From Patescibacteria group bacterium (GTDB lineage: Bacteria; Patescibacteriota; Minisyncoccia; Phycocordibacterales; CAIZLB01): DNA of 64,000 nt. The stretch spans positions 135,650 through 199,649 of the forward strand of contig JAZKJG010000001.1 in NCBI GenBank assembly GCA_040384445.1, in the 5' to 3' direction. Positions 19,499 through 28,886 of this stretch are shown piece by piece (position 1 is the first letter of the stretch; each line of letters starts with the position of its first letter). A program made the position numbers and the translations under genes. The notes below the pieces were generated by a model that saw only the letters and a list, made by a program, of their open reading frames with translations, was not told where the DNA came from and searched no databases.

Positions 19499-20173
19499 CT
19501 ACTGCCAGTCTATTTGCTTTAATCCGTGATCTGTTAGGTATTGATTTGCCTTACTAAACGGTTTTGAACCAAAAAAACCACTATATGCAGAGAAGGGGGA
19601 CGGATGAGCCGATTCAATTACGCAATGTTTTGTTTTATCGATAAGTGCGCCTTTTCGCTTTGCATAATTTCCCCAAAGTATAAACACAAGATGTTCTCTA
19701 TCTTCAGAAAGTTTTTTAATTACTGCGTCTGTAAACTTCTCCCATCCTTTGTTTTGATGAGATCCAGGAGTATGTGCTTGCACTGTGAGTGTTGCGTTTA
19801 ATAAAAACACGCCTTGTTTTGCCCATCTTGAAAGATCTCCATGTTCAAACGGAACAACACCTATATCTGATCTAATTTCTTTAAAAATATTTTGGAGAGA
19901 AGGGGGTAATTTTATTCCTTCATGAACTGCAAATGAAAGTCCGTTTGCCTGATCTGGACCATGATACGGATCTTGTCCTAGGATAACAACCTTAACTTCC
20001 GTGTACGGACACAAATCGAATGCTCTAAACACATCACGAGGTGAGGGGAAAATGGTATGCGATATATATTCATTTCGAATAAAATTAGACAAGTCCTTAA
20101 AATAAGACTTCTCAAATTCCTCGGCTAATGCTTTTTTCCAACCCGGTTCAATTGTAATATGATCTAGAGGCAT
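19499..20173 (-). CDS. ung: uracil-DNA glycosylase, family 1
   Basis: 224 aa. Family-1 catalytic water-activating loop VILGQDPYHGPDQANGLSF and a C-terminal HPSPFS-type motif (ESAHPSPFSA). Confidence 0.85.
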   Translation of the reverse strand: MPLDHITIEPGWKKALAEEFEKSYFKDLSNFIRNEYISHTIFPSPRDVFRAFDLCPYTEVKVVILGQDPYHGPDQANGLSFAVHEGIKLPPSLQNIFKEIRSDIGVVPFEHGDLSRWAKQGVFLLNATLTVQAHTPGSHQNKGWEKFTDAVIKKLSEDREHLVFILWGNYAKRKGALIDKTKHCVIESAHPSPFSAYSGFFGSKPFSKANQYLTDHGLKQIDWQ

Positions 20174-20580
20174 GCCAACACATGTTTTTTAAAGTTATCC
20201 AAAATAGATTGCCATCCACTTTTCTGCATTTCCATAGTGTTCTCATTTTCAGGATCAAATGTTTCTCGTACAAGATACCCATCCTCTTCGTGAATAAATT
20301 CAATTTTTACTTTTCTTCCGTCTTCTAGCGAATACTCAATAAGCTCATTTTCTACAACATTCGTATACATTCCTGCAAAATCAAATCCAAAAGAACCATC
20401 TTTTGCTTCCATTCGAGTATTGAACGAACCACCAGTTCTTATATCGTTTATCGCACTAGGTACATGCCATTCTGGAGAGGCAAATGTCCATTGCATAATG
20501 TGTTCTGGCTTCGTCCAACATTCCCATATTTTCTCAATAGGTGCTTGGATGTGTGTTTCTACGGATATTGGATGTGTCAT
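20164..20580 (-). CDS. SRPBCC/AHSA1-like (polyketide-cyclase fold) protein
   Basis: 138 aa. VETHIQAPIEKIWECWTKPEHIMQW is typical of Activator-of-Hsp90-ATPase-like SRPBCC proteins. Overlaps the ung start by 10 nt. Confidence 0.6.
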   Translation of the reverse strand: MTHPISVETHIQAPIEKIWECWTKPEHIMQWTFASPEWHVPSAINDIRTGGSFNTRMEAKDGSFGFDFAGMYTNVVENELIEYSLEDGRKVKIEFIHEEDGYLVRETFDPENENTMEMQKSGWQSILDNFKKHVLACL

Positions 20581-20598
20581 ATATGAGAGTATATCAAA

Positions 20599-21420
20599 TT
20601 ATTGAAATGTGTCACATGAGCTAATTTTTCCTGTATCAAATCCTTGTGTAAACCAATACACTCTGTCTTTGCTTGATCCATGAGTCCATGATTCTGGATT
20701 TACTCGGCCAACAGATGCCTTTTGAATTCTATCGTCTCCAACTGCAGCTGCAGCATCAAGGGCTTCCTGAATTTCATTTGTATTAAATACGCCAATATCT
20801 TTTATAGAATTCGCCCATAATCCTGCAAAACAATCTGCTTGCAGCTCAACTTTAATAGAAGTTTCGTTATCTGTTGTTCGTAATGTGTTTAATTGTTGCT
20901 GCACATGGTGTCCAACTTCATGGGCAATTACATATGCTTCAGCTACATCACCACCTTGGGCGCCAAATCGATTTTGCAATTCTTCAAAAAAAGTTTCATC
21001 CAAATAAATCGTTCGATCAAGTGGACAGTAGTGAGGTCCTACCTGACTTGTTGCACCACCGCATTCTGATTCTGTACCGCCTCTAAAAAGCACAAGAGTT
21101 GGTGGAATATATGTTGCATTGTTTCGGGCAAATACATCTGACCACATGTCATTGAGCGACCCTAATACTGTCGCCGTAAACACTTCGTACTCATCCGTAC
21201 CCTCAAAGTCTGCAGAGTTTAGATTTTGTTGTGGACTTACTTGTAACTGTTGTTCGATCTGTGGGAGAACATCTGAGACGTTTCCGCCATTTATATAATT
21301 CACAAGTAGCAAGAGTGCAATACCAAGAAGACTTGCACCGCCACCATAGCGTGCAGTGTTTCCTAGACCTCGACGGTCTTGCACATTTCCTCGTGATAGT
21401 ATTTTGTTCCATTCTGCCAT
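20599..21420 (-). CDS. YpfJ-family putative neutral zinc metallopeptidase
   Basis: The likely start is MAEWNKILSRGNVQDRRG; the track ORF begins 20 codons earlier. HEVGHHVQ zinc motif, with a TM/secretion segment after the N-terminus. Confidence 0.7.
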   Translation of the reverse strand: MAEWNKILSRGNVQDRRGLGNTARYGGGASLLGIALLLLVNYINGGNVSDVLPQIEQQLQVSPQQNLNSADFEGTDEYEVFTATVLGSLNDMWSDVFARNNATYIPPTLVLFRGGTESECGGATSQVGPHYCPLDRTIYLDETFFEELQNRFGAQGGDVAEAYVIAHEVGHHVQQQLNTLRTTDNETSIKVELQADCFAGLWANSIKDIGVFNTNEIQEALDAAAAVGDDRIQKASVGRVNPESWTHGSSKDRVYWFTQGFDTGKISSCDTFQ

Positions 21421-21593
21421 ATCTCTATTATGGCGCCATTGGACCATAAAAACAAGGAAACATAAAATATTTTTACACAAGTTACCATATGGAGTTCGGT
21501 TGTTACAATTAATATATCAGCCGTATGAATATTGATTCGTATAGCTGATATGTTTATTAGTATTATCAACTAATTAATTTAAATTTAAAAATT

Positions 21594-22121
21594 ATGAAAG
21601 CAACAACTACTATGGGAATTTTCCCAAACAAGAAAACTGCTGAACTTGTAATCGAAGATTTAAAGGATATTGGGGTTTCAAATGATGATATATCCTGTGT
21701 ATATACTAATAATGATGGGGACATTAAGGATAGCCAAACAGACGAAAAGGTGGGTCACGGAGCAGCTGCAGGTGCAACTACTGGAGCAGTGCTTGGGACT
21801 ATTGCTGGTCTGGTAGTGGCTAACGGTCTCTTACCAGGTCTGGGTACACTCTTTGTTGCAGGGCCACTTGCAGCAGCTCTAGGTTTAACTGGTGCCACAG
21901 CAACAACAGTTGCAGCAGCAGCAACTGGAGCAGCCGCAGGAGGTTTGATAGGAGGACTTAGCAAATTAGGTGTATCTGAAATAGATGCACGGCTGTATGA
22001 ACAACATATTCAAAAAGGAGAAGTGTTAGTCATCTGCAAAACCGATAACGATGAACTAGATGTGCAAGATGTGTTTGATCAACATCATGCGATGGAGGTA
22101 CGGCAGGTTACGCACAGCTAA
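21594..22121 (+). CDS. YflT-like general stress protein with Gly/Ala-rich membrane segment
   Basis: 175 aa. The N-terminus MGIFPNKKTAELVIEDLKDIGVSNDDI resembles the YflT/GSP17M domain. A long GA-rich hydrophobic region follows. Confidence 0.55.
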   Translation: MKATTTMGIFPNKKTAELVIEDLKDIGVSNDDISCVYTNNDGDIKDSQTDEKVGHGAAAGATTGAVLGTIAGLVVANGLLPGLGTLFVAGPLAAALGLTGATATTVAAAATGAAAGGLIGGLSKLGVSEIDARLYEQHIQKGEVLVICKTDNDELDVQDVFDQHHAMEVRQVTHS

Positions 22122-22152
22122 TTATTAACTTAATCAAATATAAAATAAACAT

Positions 22153-22401
22153 ATGGGAATAATTCTATGGATAATATTTGGAGCGTTAGTAGGTTGGGTC
22201 GCTTCACTCATCATGAAAACTGATGCACAGCAAGGAGCTTTACTCAATATCATTGTAGGTATTGTCGGAGCACTTATTGGAGGTTTTATTATGAATGCTC
22301 TAGGTGAATCTGGAACTTCAGGATTTAATCTCTATAGCTTTATAGTAGCGTTGCTTGGAGCAATTGTACTTATTGCAATTGTGAAGGCGATTCGACGATA
22401 A
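22153..22401 (+). CDS. GlsB/YeaQ/YmgE family stress-response membrane protein
   Basis: 82 aa. IILWIIFGALVGWVASLIM...IVGIVGALIGGFI matches the transglycosylase-associated protein family. Confidence 0.7.
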   Translation: MGIILWIIFGALVGWVASLIMKTDAQQGALLNIIVGIVGALIGGFIMNALGESGTSGFNLYSFIVALLGAIVLIAIVKAIRR

Positions 22402-22436
22402 AGTCTCTCACAAATCAATAGACGGTAAAAAATAAA

Positions 22437-22460
22437 GCCTCCGATCGGGGGTTTTGTTTT
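22437..22460 (+). terminator. intrinsic terminator
   Basis: cctcc-gatc-ggggg stem followed by ttttgttttt. Confidence 0.5.
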
Positions 22461-22516
22461 TGTATATAAAAAACGCCGTACCTTGTGGGGTAGGGCGTGG
22501 GGAGGGGGTGGGAGTA

Positions 22517-22852
22517 TCAGGCTATACGATTGCCTTGAGGAAACATTTTTTCCAATTCTCGAATTCTTTCCTGTTGTACAGGTGTGAAATAAGAATTTTT
22601 GACATAACACTCGATGATAACGAGAGAATTATCGTTCTCATAATAATCAAACGTAATGAGTAAAATTCTTGTATCTCGTAAGGAGAGCAAGCATGTAATC
22701 CTTTCTTGATCCTCGAATGGTTCGGAATAAAACTCATTAATTATGATGATGTTTTCATCAAATGAGAATTCATTTTCAACATTTCCCTGAATGACAGGAA
22801 TGACCAGTCTCCAGAGTTCGATATAAGGGCTTTGACTCAGTGCTTGGAACAT
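22517..22852 (-). CDS. hypothetical protein
   Basis: 111-aa ORF with no motif. Confidence 0.35.
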   Translation of the reverse strand: MFQALSQSPYIELWRLVIPVIQGNVENEFSFDENIIIINEFYSEPFEDQERITCLLSLRDTRILLITFDYYENDNSLVIIECYVKNSYFTPVQQERIRELEKMFPQGNRIA

Positions 22853-22926
22853 ATGTATGAGGGTTAAAGGACTGTACTCTAGAATAGAGTTTTTGGCTGA
22901 TTTGTCAACAGTGATATACTTATAGT

Positions 22927-23199
22927 ATGGAAAAATTCATAGAACACAATCACGAAACAGAGCATTTAAAAGAGATTCATGCACTGCAGTGGGGTCTGAT
23001 AAGCGAGTGGTCAGCAGGAAGAGAAGGAGATAAAAATAAAATTGCTGCACAATGGATTGAAACATATTCTGTAAAGTTTAGAGTTGTGCTGGATAGGATT
23101 TTAGATGAAGAAATATATTTTTGGGATGACTATCAAAATCCTTTATTTCAAGAGAAAATATTACAAAGAATTAAAGATGAATTATACGAACATGAATAA
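22927..23199 (+). CDS. hypothetical protein
   Basis: 90-aa ORF with no motif. Confidence 0.35.
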   Translation: MEKFIEHNHETEHLKEIHALQWGLISEWSAGREGDKNKIAAQWIETYSVKFRVVLDRILDEEIYFWDDYQNPLFQEKILQRIKDELYEHE

Positions 23200-23449
23200 A
23201 CAACTCTCTCAAGGTGTCGTACATACAGTACCAGATGATCTGCGTAAGGTTATTACTACTACACCTCAAATATATACAATCTGGGAAGATATAACTCCAC
23301 TTGCTCGTAATGAGTGGATTTGCTGGATTCAATCTGCCAAAAAGGCTGAGACACGGAAACATCGGATCGATGTTATGGTTTCAAAAATGAAGCAAGGAGA
23401 TAGAAGACCTTGCTGTTGGGAAGGGTGTTCCCATAGAAAAAAGAAATAA
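23192..23449 (+). CDS. YdeI/OmpD-associated family protein (DUF1801-like)
   Basis: The likely start is MNKQLSQGVV; the track ORF begins at 23105. WICWIQSAKKAETRKHRIDVMVSKM matches the conserved C-terminal W..I..AK..ETR..RI block of the family. Confidence 0.55.
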   Translation: MNKQLSQGVVHTVPDDLRKVITTTPQIYTIWEDITPLARNEWICWIQSAKKAETRKHRIDVMVSKMKQGDRRPCCWEGCSHRKKK

Positions 23450-23608
23450 TTACTGCTTTTTATTCATTCTTTTTACAATTCGTGAAATACCCAAAACTAC
23501 CACTATAAGTCCAAGAAATTGTGCTCCTGGACTATCGTCGTATCCTCCGAATACAAAGAGGAATACTCCGAGAAGTATTGCAAGTATTGGGATAAGGTTA
23601 CTTTTCAT
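23450..23608 (-). CDS. small membrane peptide (52 aa)
   Basis: ORF below the track cutoff: MKSNLIPILAILLGVFLFVFGGYDDSPGAQFLGLIVVVLGISRIVKRMNKKQ. Two hydrophobic helices. Confidence 0.3.
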   Translation of the reverse strand: MKSNLIPILAILLGVFLFVFGGYDDSPGAQFLGLIVVVLGISRIVKRMNKKQ

Positions 23609-23664
23609 ATATTAATTATACCACAAAAAAACACCACCCTTGTCGAAACAAAGGTGGTCGTTGT

Positions 23665-23970
23665 TTATACGGTTTGTAACCGTGGAGTTGTGGGCGTTGG
23701 TGATGTATCGCAATCTCCATCTCCGTCGTCGTCACGCCAGGGTTTAAGCTCTGTATAATGATAATGTCCTGTTGTACCGTCGTCATGCAGGACCTCAAAC
23801 CACTCAGGACTATTATCGGTTTCAGCAACAACCATACCGTGAATATTCCAACTCCTTTTATATTGCTCTCCGAACGTATATTCTGGTGCATTATCACAAT
23901 TTACAGTTCGAACATGTGTGAGTGGAGAATACGGTGGAAATGAATCGTCGATTTCTTCTTCATCGTTCAT
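23665..23970 (-). CDS. hypothetical acidic protein
   Basis: 101-aa ORF. Asp-rich C-terminal part (DDDGDGDCD). No family assigned. Confidence 0.3.
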   Translation of the reverse strand: MNDEEEIDDSFPPYSPLTHVRTVNCDNAPEYTFGEQYKRSWNIHGMVVAETDNSPEWFEVLHDDGTTGHYHYTELKPWRDDDGDGDCDTSPTPTTPRLQTV

Positions 23971-24012
23971 ACATACCTCCTTGTTGATTGTTTTCGTTCT
24001 ATATAAAAGTGT

Positions 24013-24390
24013 ATGTTAGATATGATAAAATATCAATATATGAAAGAACATCGTATATATACAACAAAAGTTAGTGATATTTATCCTTTTTACGTTGCAA
24101 AAGCTGAGAAAAAAGGTAGAACAAAAAAAGAAGTTGATACGATCATTCACTGGTTAACTGGATACACAGAGAAAAAACTTGAATCTGAACTTAAAAAAGG
24201 AACAGATTTTAAAACATTCTTTAAAGATGCACCAAAGATGAATCCTTTAAGGAAATTAATTACAGGAGTTATATGCGGGGTACGGATTGAGGATATTGCA
24301 GAAAAGACAATGAGAGAGATTCGATATCTGGATAAGTTGGTTGACGAATTGGCGAGAGGGAGGGAGATAGGGAAGATTTTGAGGAAGTAA
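24013..24390 (+). CDS. DUF2200 family protein
   Basis: 125 aa. [32 protein letters not shown] matches the conserved N-terminal block of DUF2200. Confidence 0.55.
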   Translation: MLDMIKYQYMKEHRIYTTKVSDIYPFYVAKAEKKGRTKKEVDTIIHWLTGYTEKKLESELKKGTDFKTFFKDAPKMNPLRKLITGVICGVRIEDIAEKTMREIRYLDKLVDELARGREIGKILRK

Positions 24391-24395
24391 TCAGT

Positions 24396-24566
24396 TTACT
24401 GTTTTCTGTAAATATCAATCGAACTGAAAATTACAATCACGAACGAAATAATATATAACCATGAATCTTTAAGTTCACTTCCGTTTAGTCTCCAAACTAC
24501 AAAGAGGATTATTCCTGTTATTACTATGACGAGCGGTATAATATATTTTTTCAATATTTCACGCAT
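24396..24566 (-). CDS. small membrane peptide (56 aa)
   Basis: Below the track cutoff: MREILKKYIIPLVIVITGIILFVVWRLNGSELKDSWLYIISFVIVIFSSIDIYRKQ. Confidence 0.3.
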   Translation of the reverse strand: MREILKKYIIPLVIVITGIILFVVWRLNGSELKDSWLYIISFVIVIFSSIDIYRKQ

Positions 24567-24573
24567 ATATTTT

Positions 24574-24774
24574 TTATTTTAAATACTTACTCGCAACACT
24601 TAATGCAAATGAAGGAAGAATGATAAAGACACATGTGAAGAGGAGTCGAATAAGCATATGATCCCATGGTGTGTCGGCAGTATCTGGTCCAGAGCTTGTA
24701 AAGACGATCATGAGACCAATAATTCCAAAGGCGATTGAGGCGTATGTAAAGATTGTTGTTGAATTTTTCTGCAT
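24574..24774 (-). CDS. small membrane protein (66 aa)
   Basis: Two hydrophobic helices. Third in a run of small membrane ORFs. Confidence 0.35.
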   Translation of the reverse strand: MQKNSTTIFTYASIAFGIIGLMIVFTSSGPDTADTPWDHMLIRLLFTCVFIILPSFALSVASKYLK

Positions 24775-24780
24775 AGAGTT

Positions 24781-25194
24781 TTATTTTTTAAATGTATAAT
24801 TGAGCATCCACTCTACTCCATACTTATCTGTAAGCACTCCATACAGTGCACCCCAGAATTGTTCTTCAATAGGCATAAATATTTCAGCACCATCCGACAA
24901 CTTGCTGAATATGGTTCTGATTTCTTCTTCACTCTCGCAGTCAATCATAATTCCTACATTATCACCAACAATTGCTTTGTCGCGCATCATATCTGAGCCA
25001 ATTAGAACCCATGAGCCTTTTGTTAGAGTTGAATGCATAATAAGATCTAGTTGATCAGGTGTCATATCACTCTCCATTGGTGTACCTTTTCCAGTCATGA
25101 ATTCTAATTCACCTCCAAAACACTCTTTATAAAAATTCATTCCTTCACGGCACTTTTGATCATTAAATCTAATTGATGGGTGTATTTTTGACAT
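24781..25194 (-). CDS. VOC-superfamily protein, PhnB/3-demethylubiquinone-9 methyltransferase-like
   Basis: 137 aa. IHPSIRFNDQKCREGMNFYKECFGG...MTPDQLDLIMHSTL follows the PhnB-like pattern. Confidence 0.65.
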   Translation of the reverse strand: MSKIHPSIRFNDQKCREGMNFYKECFGGELEFMTGKGTPMESDMTPDQLDLIMHSTLTKGSWVLIGSDMMRDKAIVGDNVGIMIDCESEEEIRTIFSKLSDGAEIFMPIEEQFWGALYGVLTDKYGVEWMLNYTFKK

Positions 25195-25352
25195 AAGTTG
25201 TATTGTTATATTAGTTTATCGTCTTTAATATTCATATTATAGCGTAAGCATAAGAGAAATGCAGTAGAGAGTGTTTGTATATAAAAATAAATCCCCTAGG
25301 CGCAAGCGCTTTCGGGAATTTTTGAGGAACCACTCAAGAGAAGTTGTACTTG

Positions 25353-25625
25353 CTAGAGTAGGGAGAAAACTTTAAGATAGTCACAAGCAGTGCGGAAGTT
25401 ACCTTTTGCTTCCTGTTTGCAACCCTGAATGCATAGCTCCTTAAGCAAGTCTCGCTCCTCATCGGAGAGTAGTGTTTTTCGTATAAGGTCTGCTACTGTG
25501 ACTGTACTGATTCCTGATCGGGTTTCAACATAGTCTCTCATGGTCTCGATTAATTCGGTTGCAGTAATGCTCTGCAAAGCCTCAAGCTCTGCGAATGTTT
25601 TTGGTCCTACGATTGGCTGTTTCAT
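25353..25625 (-). CDS. hypothetical protein
   Basis: 90 aa. Preceded on the minus strand by copy A of the 67-bp repeat carrying a -35-like TTGACA. Confidence 0.4.
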   Translation of the reverse strand: MKQPIVGPKTFAELEALQSITATELIETMRDYVETRSGISTVTVADLIRKTLLSDEERDLLKELCIQGCKQEAKGNFRTACDYLKVFSLL

Positions 25626-25683
25626 ATTTTTTTAAGTATGGTGGGAAAAGCTGTAATCGGGATGATTTCAACCTTTCTTCCAT

Positions 25684-25750
25684 ACTCAACCAGAGTAAAA
25701 GTACTACTTATTACAGTAACACTTTTTACATATTTGTCAACTAATGCTCC
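25684..25750. repeat. 67-bp direct repeat, copy A (copy B at 26588..26654, about 85 percent identical)
   Basis: actcaacca[g/a]agtaaaagtactac...atatttgtcaactaatgctcc is present twice. On the minus strand, copy B reads TTGACA-17nt-TATCAT, a near-consensus sigma70 promoter. Confidence 0.6.
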
Positions 25751-25780
25751 ACAAGTAAGTGGATGTATGAATCGTAATAA

Positions 25781-26194
25781 TTAGCTTGTTGGTATTTTTG
25801 ATAAATCCATAAAAAATGGTTCCATAGTATTTCCATCTGGATCAGAGACTTCTAGACCATACATAAAGTCTAGTCCCTTATTTGGTTCTGCTTCAAAAAA
25901 GCTTCCTCCATTGTCTTTTGCTGTGTTTGCAAATGTATCAACATCTTCTCTGGAAGACATCTCCAAAGCTAATAATACTCCAGAATTAATCTGTGTGTTC
26001 ACGATTGTTTTACCTTGCAAAAATTTCTGATAAAAGTCGTGTTTCAAGAGCATAAATAATATATTGTCACTCCAAATCATACAACTCGCATCGTTATTTG
26101 AAAAGTCAGAATTCTTTGTAAATCCTAAAGCTTCATAAAAAGCAGTAGCTTTTTCTAAGTTTGTTACTGGCAAATTTACGTATATTTTTTTCAT
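25781..26194 (-). CDS. VOC (glyoxalase) family protein
   Basis: The likely start is MKKIYVNLPVTNLEKATAFYEALGF at 26194; the track ORF extends to 26416. Classic glyoxalase-fold N-terminus. Confidence 0.65.
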   Translation of the reverse strand: MKKIYVNLPVTNLEKATAFYEALGFTKNSDFSNNDASCMIWSDNILFMLLKHDFYQKFLQGKTIVNTQINSGVLLALEMSSREDVDTFANTAKDNGGSFFEAEPNKGLDFMYGLEVSDPDGNTMEPFFMDLSKIPTS

Positions 26195-26297
26195 ATATTT
26201 ATTATACACAAAAACAGTTAGGTACGAACTTGATAAATATATAAAAAAAGAAACCCGCCAACGAAGTGGAGGGAATCTCCGATTCGGGCGGGTGGTG

Positions 26298-26597
26298 TTA
26301 GTGACAAGAATTGATGAAGGCTGCAAACTCCCAAACGGAAGGTTGCATATCGCACTTTCTTGAAAGGATTTCGGTGACAGTTTTCTGTTGACGTTCGTCC
26401 AGACTCGCATCATCATTTATCAATCCTTGAACATCAAGAATAAGTTTGATTGACCAAGCAGATCTTACTTGGTCAAGTGGGTTTAACAGGTTGTTCAGAA
26501 ATATCAGTGCATTCATGGTTTTAATGTTGTTTAGAATTGTGACTGCATCTTTCAAAGCTCGGATAAAGCTCTTAAAGACGCAGTCAAACTCAACCAA
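26298..26597 (-). CDS. hypothetical ORF (doubtful)
   Basis: 99-aa track ORF that begins with TTG inside repeat copy B. A real gene, if any, may start at the internal MNALIF. Confidence 0.25.
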   Translation of the reverse strand: MVEFDCVFKSFIRALKDAVTILNNIKTMNALIFLNNLLNPLDQVRSAWSIKLILDVQGLINDDASLDERQQKTVTEILSRKCDMQPSVWEFAAFINSCH

Positions 26598-26650
26598 AGT
26601 AAAAGTACTACCAATATGATAGCACTTTTACCTATATTTGTCAACTAATG

Positions 26651-26722
26651 CTCCTCCGGTAGGGATCGAACCTACGACCAATCGCTTAACAGGCGACTGC
26701 TCTACCGCTGAGCTACAGAGGA
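26651..26722 (-). tRNA. tRNA-Asn (anticodon GUU)
   Basis: Cloverleaf folded by hand from the minus-strand sequence. Acceptor stem TCCTCTG/CGGAGGA, D-arm GCTC-AGCGGTA-GAGC, anticodon stem-loop GTCGC-CTGTTAA-GCGAT (GTT), variable loop TGGTC, T-arm GTAGG-TTCGATC-CCTAC, discriminator G. CCA is not encoded. Confidence 0.9.
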
Positions 26723-26889
26723 ATGCTCATCTTTTCTCAAAGATAGGTATATGGTAGCAGATCAATATGGAAATTACAATTCTTGAGTATTTCTTCATGT
26801 TTTCTTTGTAAATTTGACCTGAAAAGTAAGCTGTTTTTGAATACAAAAATCATTTGTAATATACCTTAACAAGAATATAATTAACTCAA

Positions 26890-27171
26890 ATGACCAATAG
26901 ATTTGACGCGAAAAAAGAAATAGAAGACCTAGCAATTATGACTCATAACAATTTTACTGTGGTGTTCGATAAATTTGCAAAAGTTGATGAGCGATTGAAT
27001 AAACTCGATGAGCGGTTATACTCAGTCGAAAATCGTTTGGGAGCACTTGAAAAGAATAGTTTATCAGCAGATAAAAAGCTGGATCTTATTTTGGAAAATA
27101 TGGTTACAAAGTACGAATTTGAATCATTGAAACTCAGAACTGAAAAGGTAGAGTCTGTTTTAGGTCTCTGA
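26890..27171 (+). CDS. hypothetical coiled-coil protein
   Basis: 93 aa with a heptad-like ERLNKLDERLYSVENRLGALEKN segment. Confidence 0.4.
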   Translation: MTNRFDAKKEIEDLAIMTHNNFTVVFDKFAKVDERLNKLDERLYSVENRLGALEKNSLSADKKLDLILENMVTKYEFESLKLRTEKVESVLGL

Positions 27172-27214
27172 TAACCATCGACAACCTGCCAAAAATACTG
27201 TACACTGTAAACTT

Positions 27215-28684
27215 ATGTCAAATACTTGGGGAGAGTCAATAATTAAGTTCGATGAGGTTACATACTCGCACATTAAAAATAAACCTATACTAGAGGAGGT
27301 ATCTTTTTCTATTCGTAAAGGGGCAAAAATTACTCTTATGGGGCAAAATGGTGCAGGAAAAAGTACTATATTCAAACTTATTACAGGAGAATTAAAAATT
27401 GACGAGGGAGATATTCATACTCAAAAAGGATTATCTATTGCGATTTCGAAGCAGGTTATTCCAAGAGATCAGCTCACTCTCACGGTTCGAGAATTTTTTC
27501 AAGCTTGTTTTAAAGAAAAAATATATGATATCGACCCAAGAATCAATGATATTCTTGAGGTAGTACATCTTAAGGCAGATCTTGAAAAACAGATTAAAGA
27601 TTTTTCTGGAGGGCAACAGGCTCGACTACTCTTGGCTTCAGCCCTTATTCAAGATCCAGACCTACTTCTTCTTGATGAGCCGACAAACAACCTTGATAAG
27701 GCTGGAATTGCACATCTTACAACATTTCTAAAAGAATATAAGAAGACTGTTATTGTTATTTCTCACGAAGCAGATTTTTTAAATAGTTTTACTGAAGGAG
27801 TTTTTTATCTTGATATTCATACGAGAAAAATTGAACAATACACCGGAACATATCACACTGTAGTAAAAGAAATTACTGCTCGAGTTGAAAGAGAGAAGCG
27901 ACAAAACGCACAGATGGAAAAGAAGATTCAAGAAAATAAAGACAAAGCAAACTTTTTTGCAAACAAAGGAGGGGGAATGCGTCTTGTTGCTAAACGTATG
28001 AGAGAACAGGCTGAAGAGGCAGAGGAAAATATGGTGGATGTTCGAAAAGAAGATAAAACAATTCGATCTTTTGTGATTCCGACACAAACTGATCTTTCTG
28101 GAGTAATTTTTTCACTCACATCAGTGTCACTCATGGATATTCATAAAAATGACGGAACACTTAAAACAAAAAAAGTTCACGTAGAACTACGAAAAGGGGA
28201 ACATCTTTTATTACAAGGACCAAATGGAATCGGAAAAACAACACTTCTTGAATCTCTTGCATCAGGTCATGCAAAAGGGGAATCTATTAAAGAAGGGGTT
28301 AAAATTGGATACTACAGACAAGATTTTTCAACACTAAACTTCGAAGATACTCCTTTTCAGGCTCTTCAAAGTGTGATGAAAGATACTGATGAACATAAAC
28401 TTAGACAAGTAGCTGCTTCATTTTTAATAACAGGAGACACGGTGTACACACCAATTGGACGATTATCAGAAGGTCAGAAGGGACTTGTGGCATTTGCACA
28501 ACTTGTACTGATGGAACCAGGACTCTTGATTCTTGATGAGCCAACAAACCATATTAACTTTCGACACCTACCTGTGATCGCAGAAGCGTTGAAAAAATTT
28601 GAAGGACCTATGATTCTTGTGAGTCATATGCACGAGTTTGTTGAGAAGATTGGAGACCTACAAATCCTTGACTTAGGGAAATAG
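27215..28684 (+). CDS. ABC-F family ATPase (tandem ABC domains, no TMD)
   Basis: 489 aa. First domain: Walker A GQNGAGKST, signature LSGGQQARLLLA, Walker B LLLLDEPTNNLD. Second domain: GPNGIGKTT, LSEGQKGLVAFA, LILDEPTNHIN. A charged linker (EREKRQNAQMEKKIQENKDK) separates them. Confidence 0.8.
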   Translation: MSNTWGESIIKFDEVTYSHIKNKPILEEVSFSIRKGAKITLMGQNGAGKSTIFKLITGELKIDEGDIHTQKGLSIAISKQVIPRDQLTLTVREFFQACFKEKIYDIDPRINDILEVVHLKADLEKQIKDFSGGQQARLLLASALIQDPDLLLLDEPTNNLDKAGIAHLTTFLKEYKKTVIVISHEADFLNSFTEGVFYLDIHTRKIEQYTGTYHTVVKEITARVEREKRQNAQMEKKIQENKDKANFFANKGGGMRLVAKRMREQAEEAEENMVDVRKEDKTIRSFVIPTQTDLSGVIFSLTSVSLMDIHKNDGTLKTKKVHVELRKGEHLLLQGPNGIGKTTLLESLASGHAKGESIKEGVKIGYYRQDFSTLNFEDTPFQALQSVMKDTDEHKLRQVAASFLITGDTVYTPIGRLSEGQKGLVAFAQLVLMEPGLLILDEPTNHINFRHLPVIAEALKKFEGPMILVSHMHEFVEKIGDLQILDLGK

Positions 28685-28886
28685 TTGTACTATCGTATAT
28701 ATATCTGCCCTCACGTAAGGGGAGATGTTAAGGTGCCCTGCCGGAACTTATTCACGAACACTTCTGTCCGCCAAGAATTCTGGGTCATGAAGGAGTAATC
28801 TAACATGATGTCGTACGTCACCCCGTTGGTGAAAACGGAACTCGCATGTGTGCATATTCACCTGTGTACACCAAATTAGATAAAAA

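Noticed and set aside
26723-26800. Promoter for tRNA-Asn (TTGATC ... TATCTT upstream on minus strand)
   Set aside because: The spacing and the -10 match are ambiguous by eye. It is not reported as a feature.
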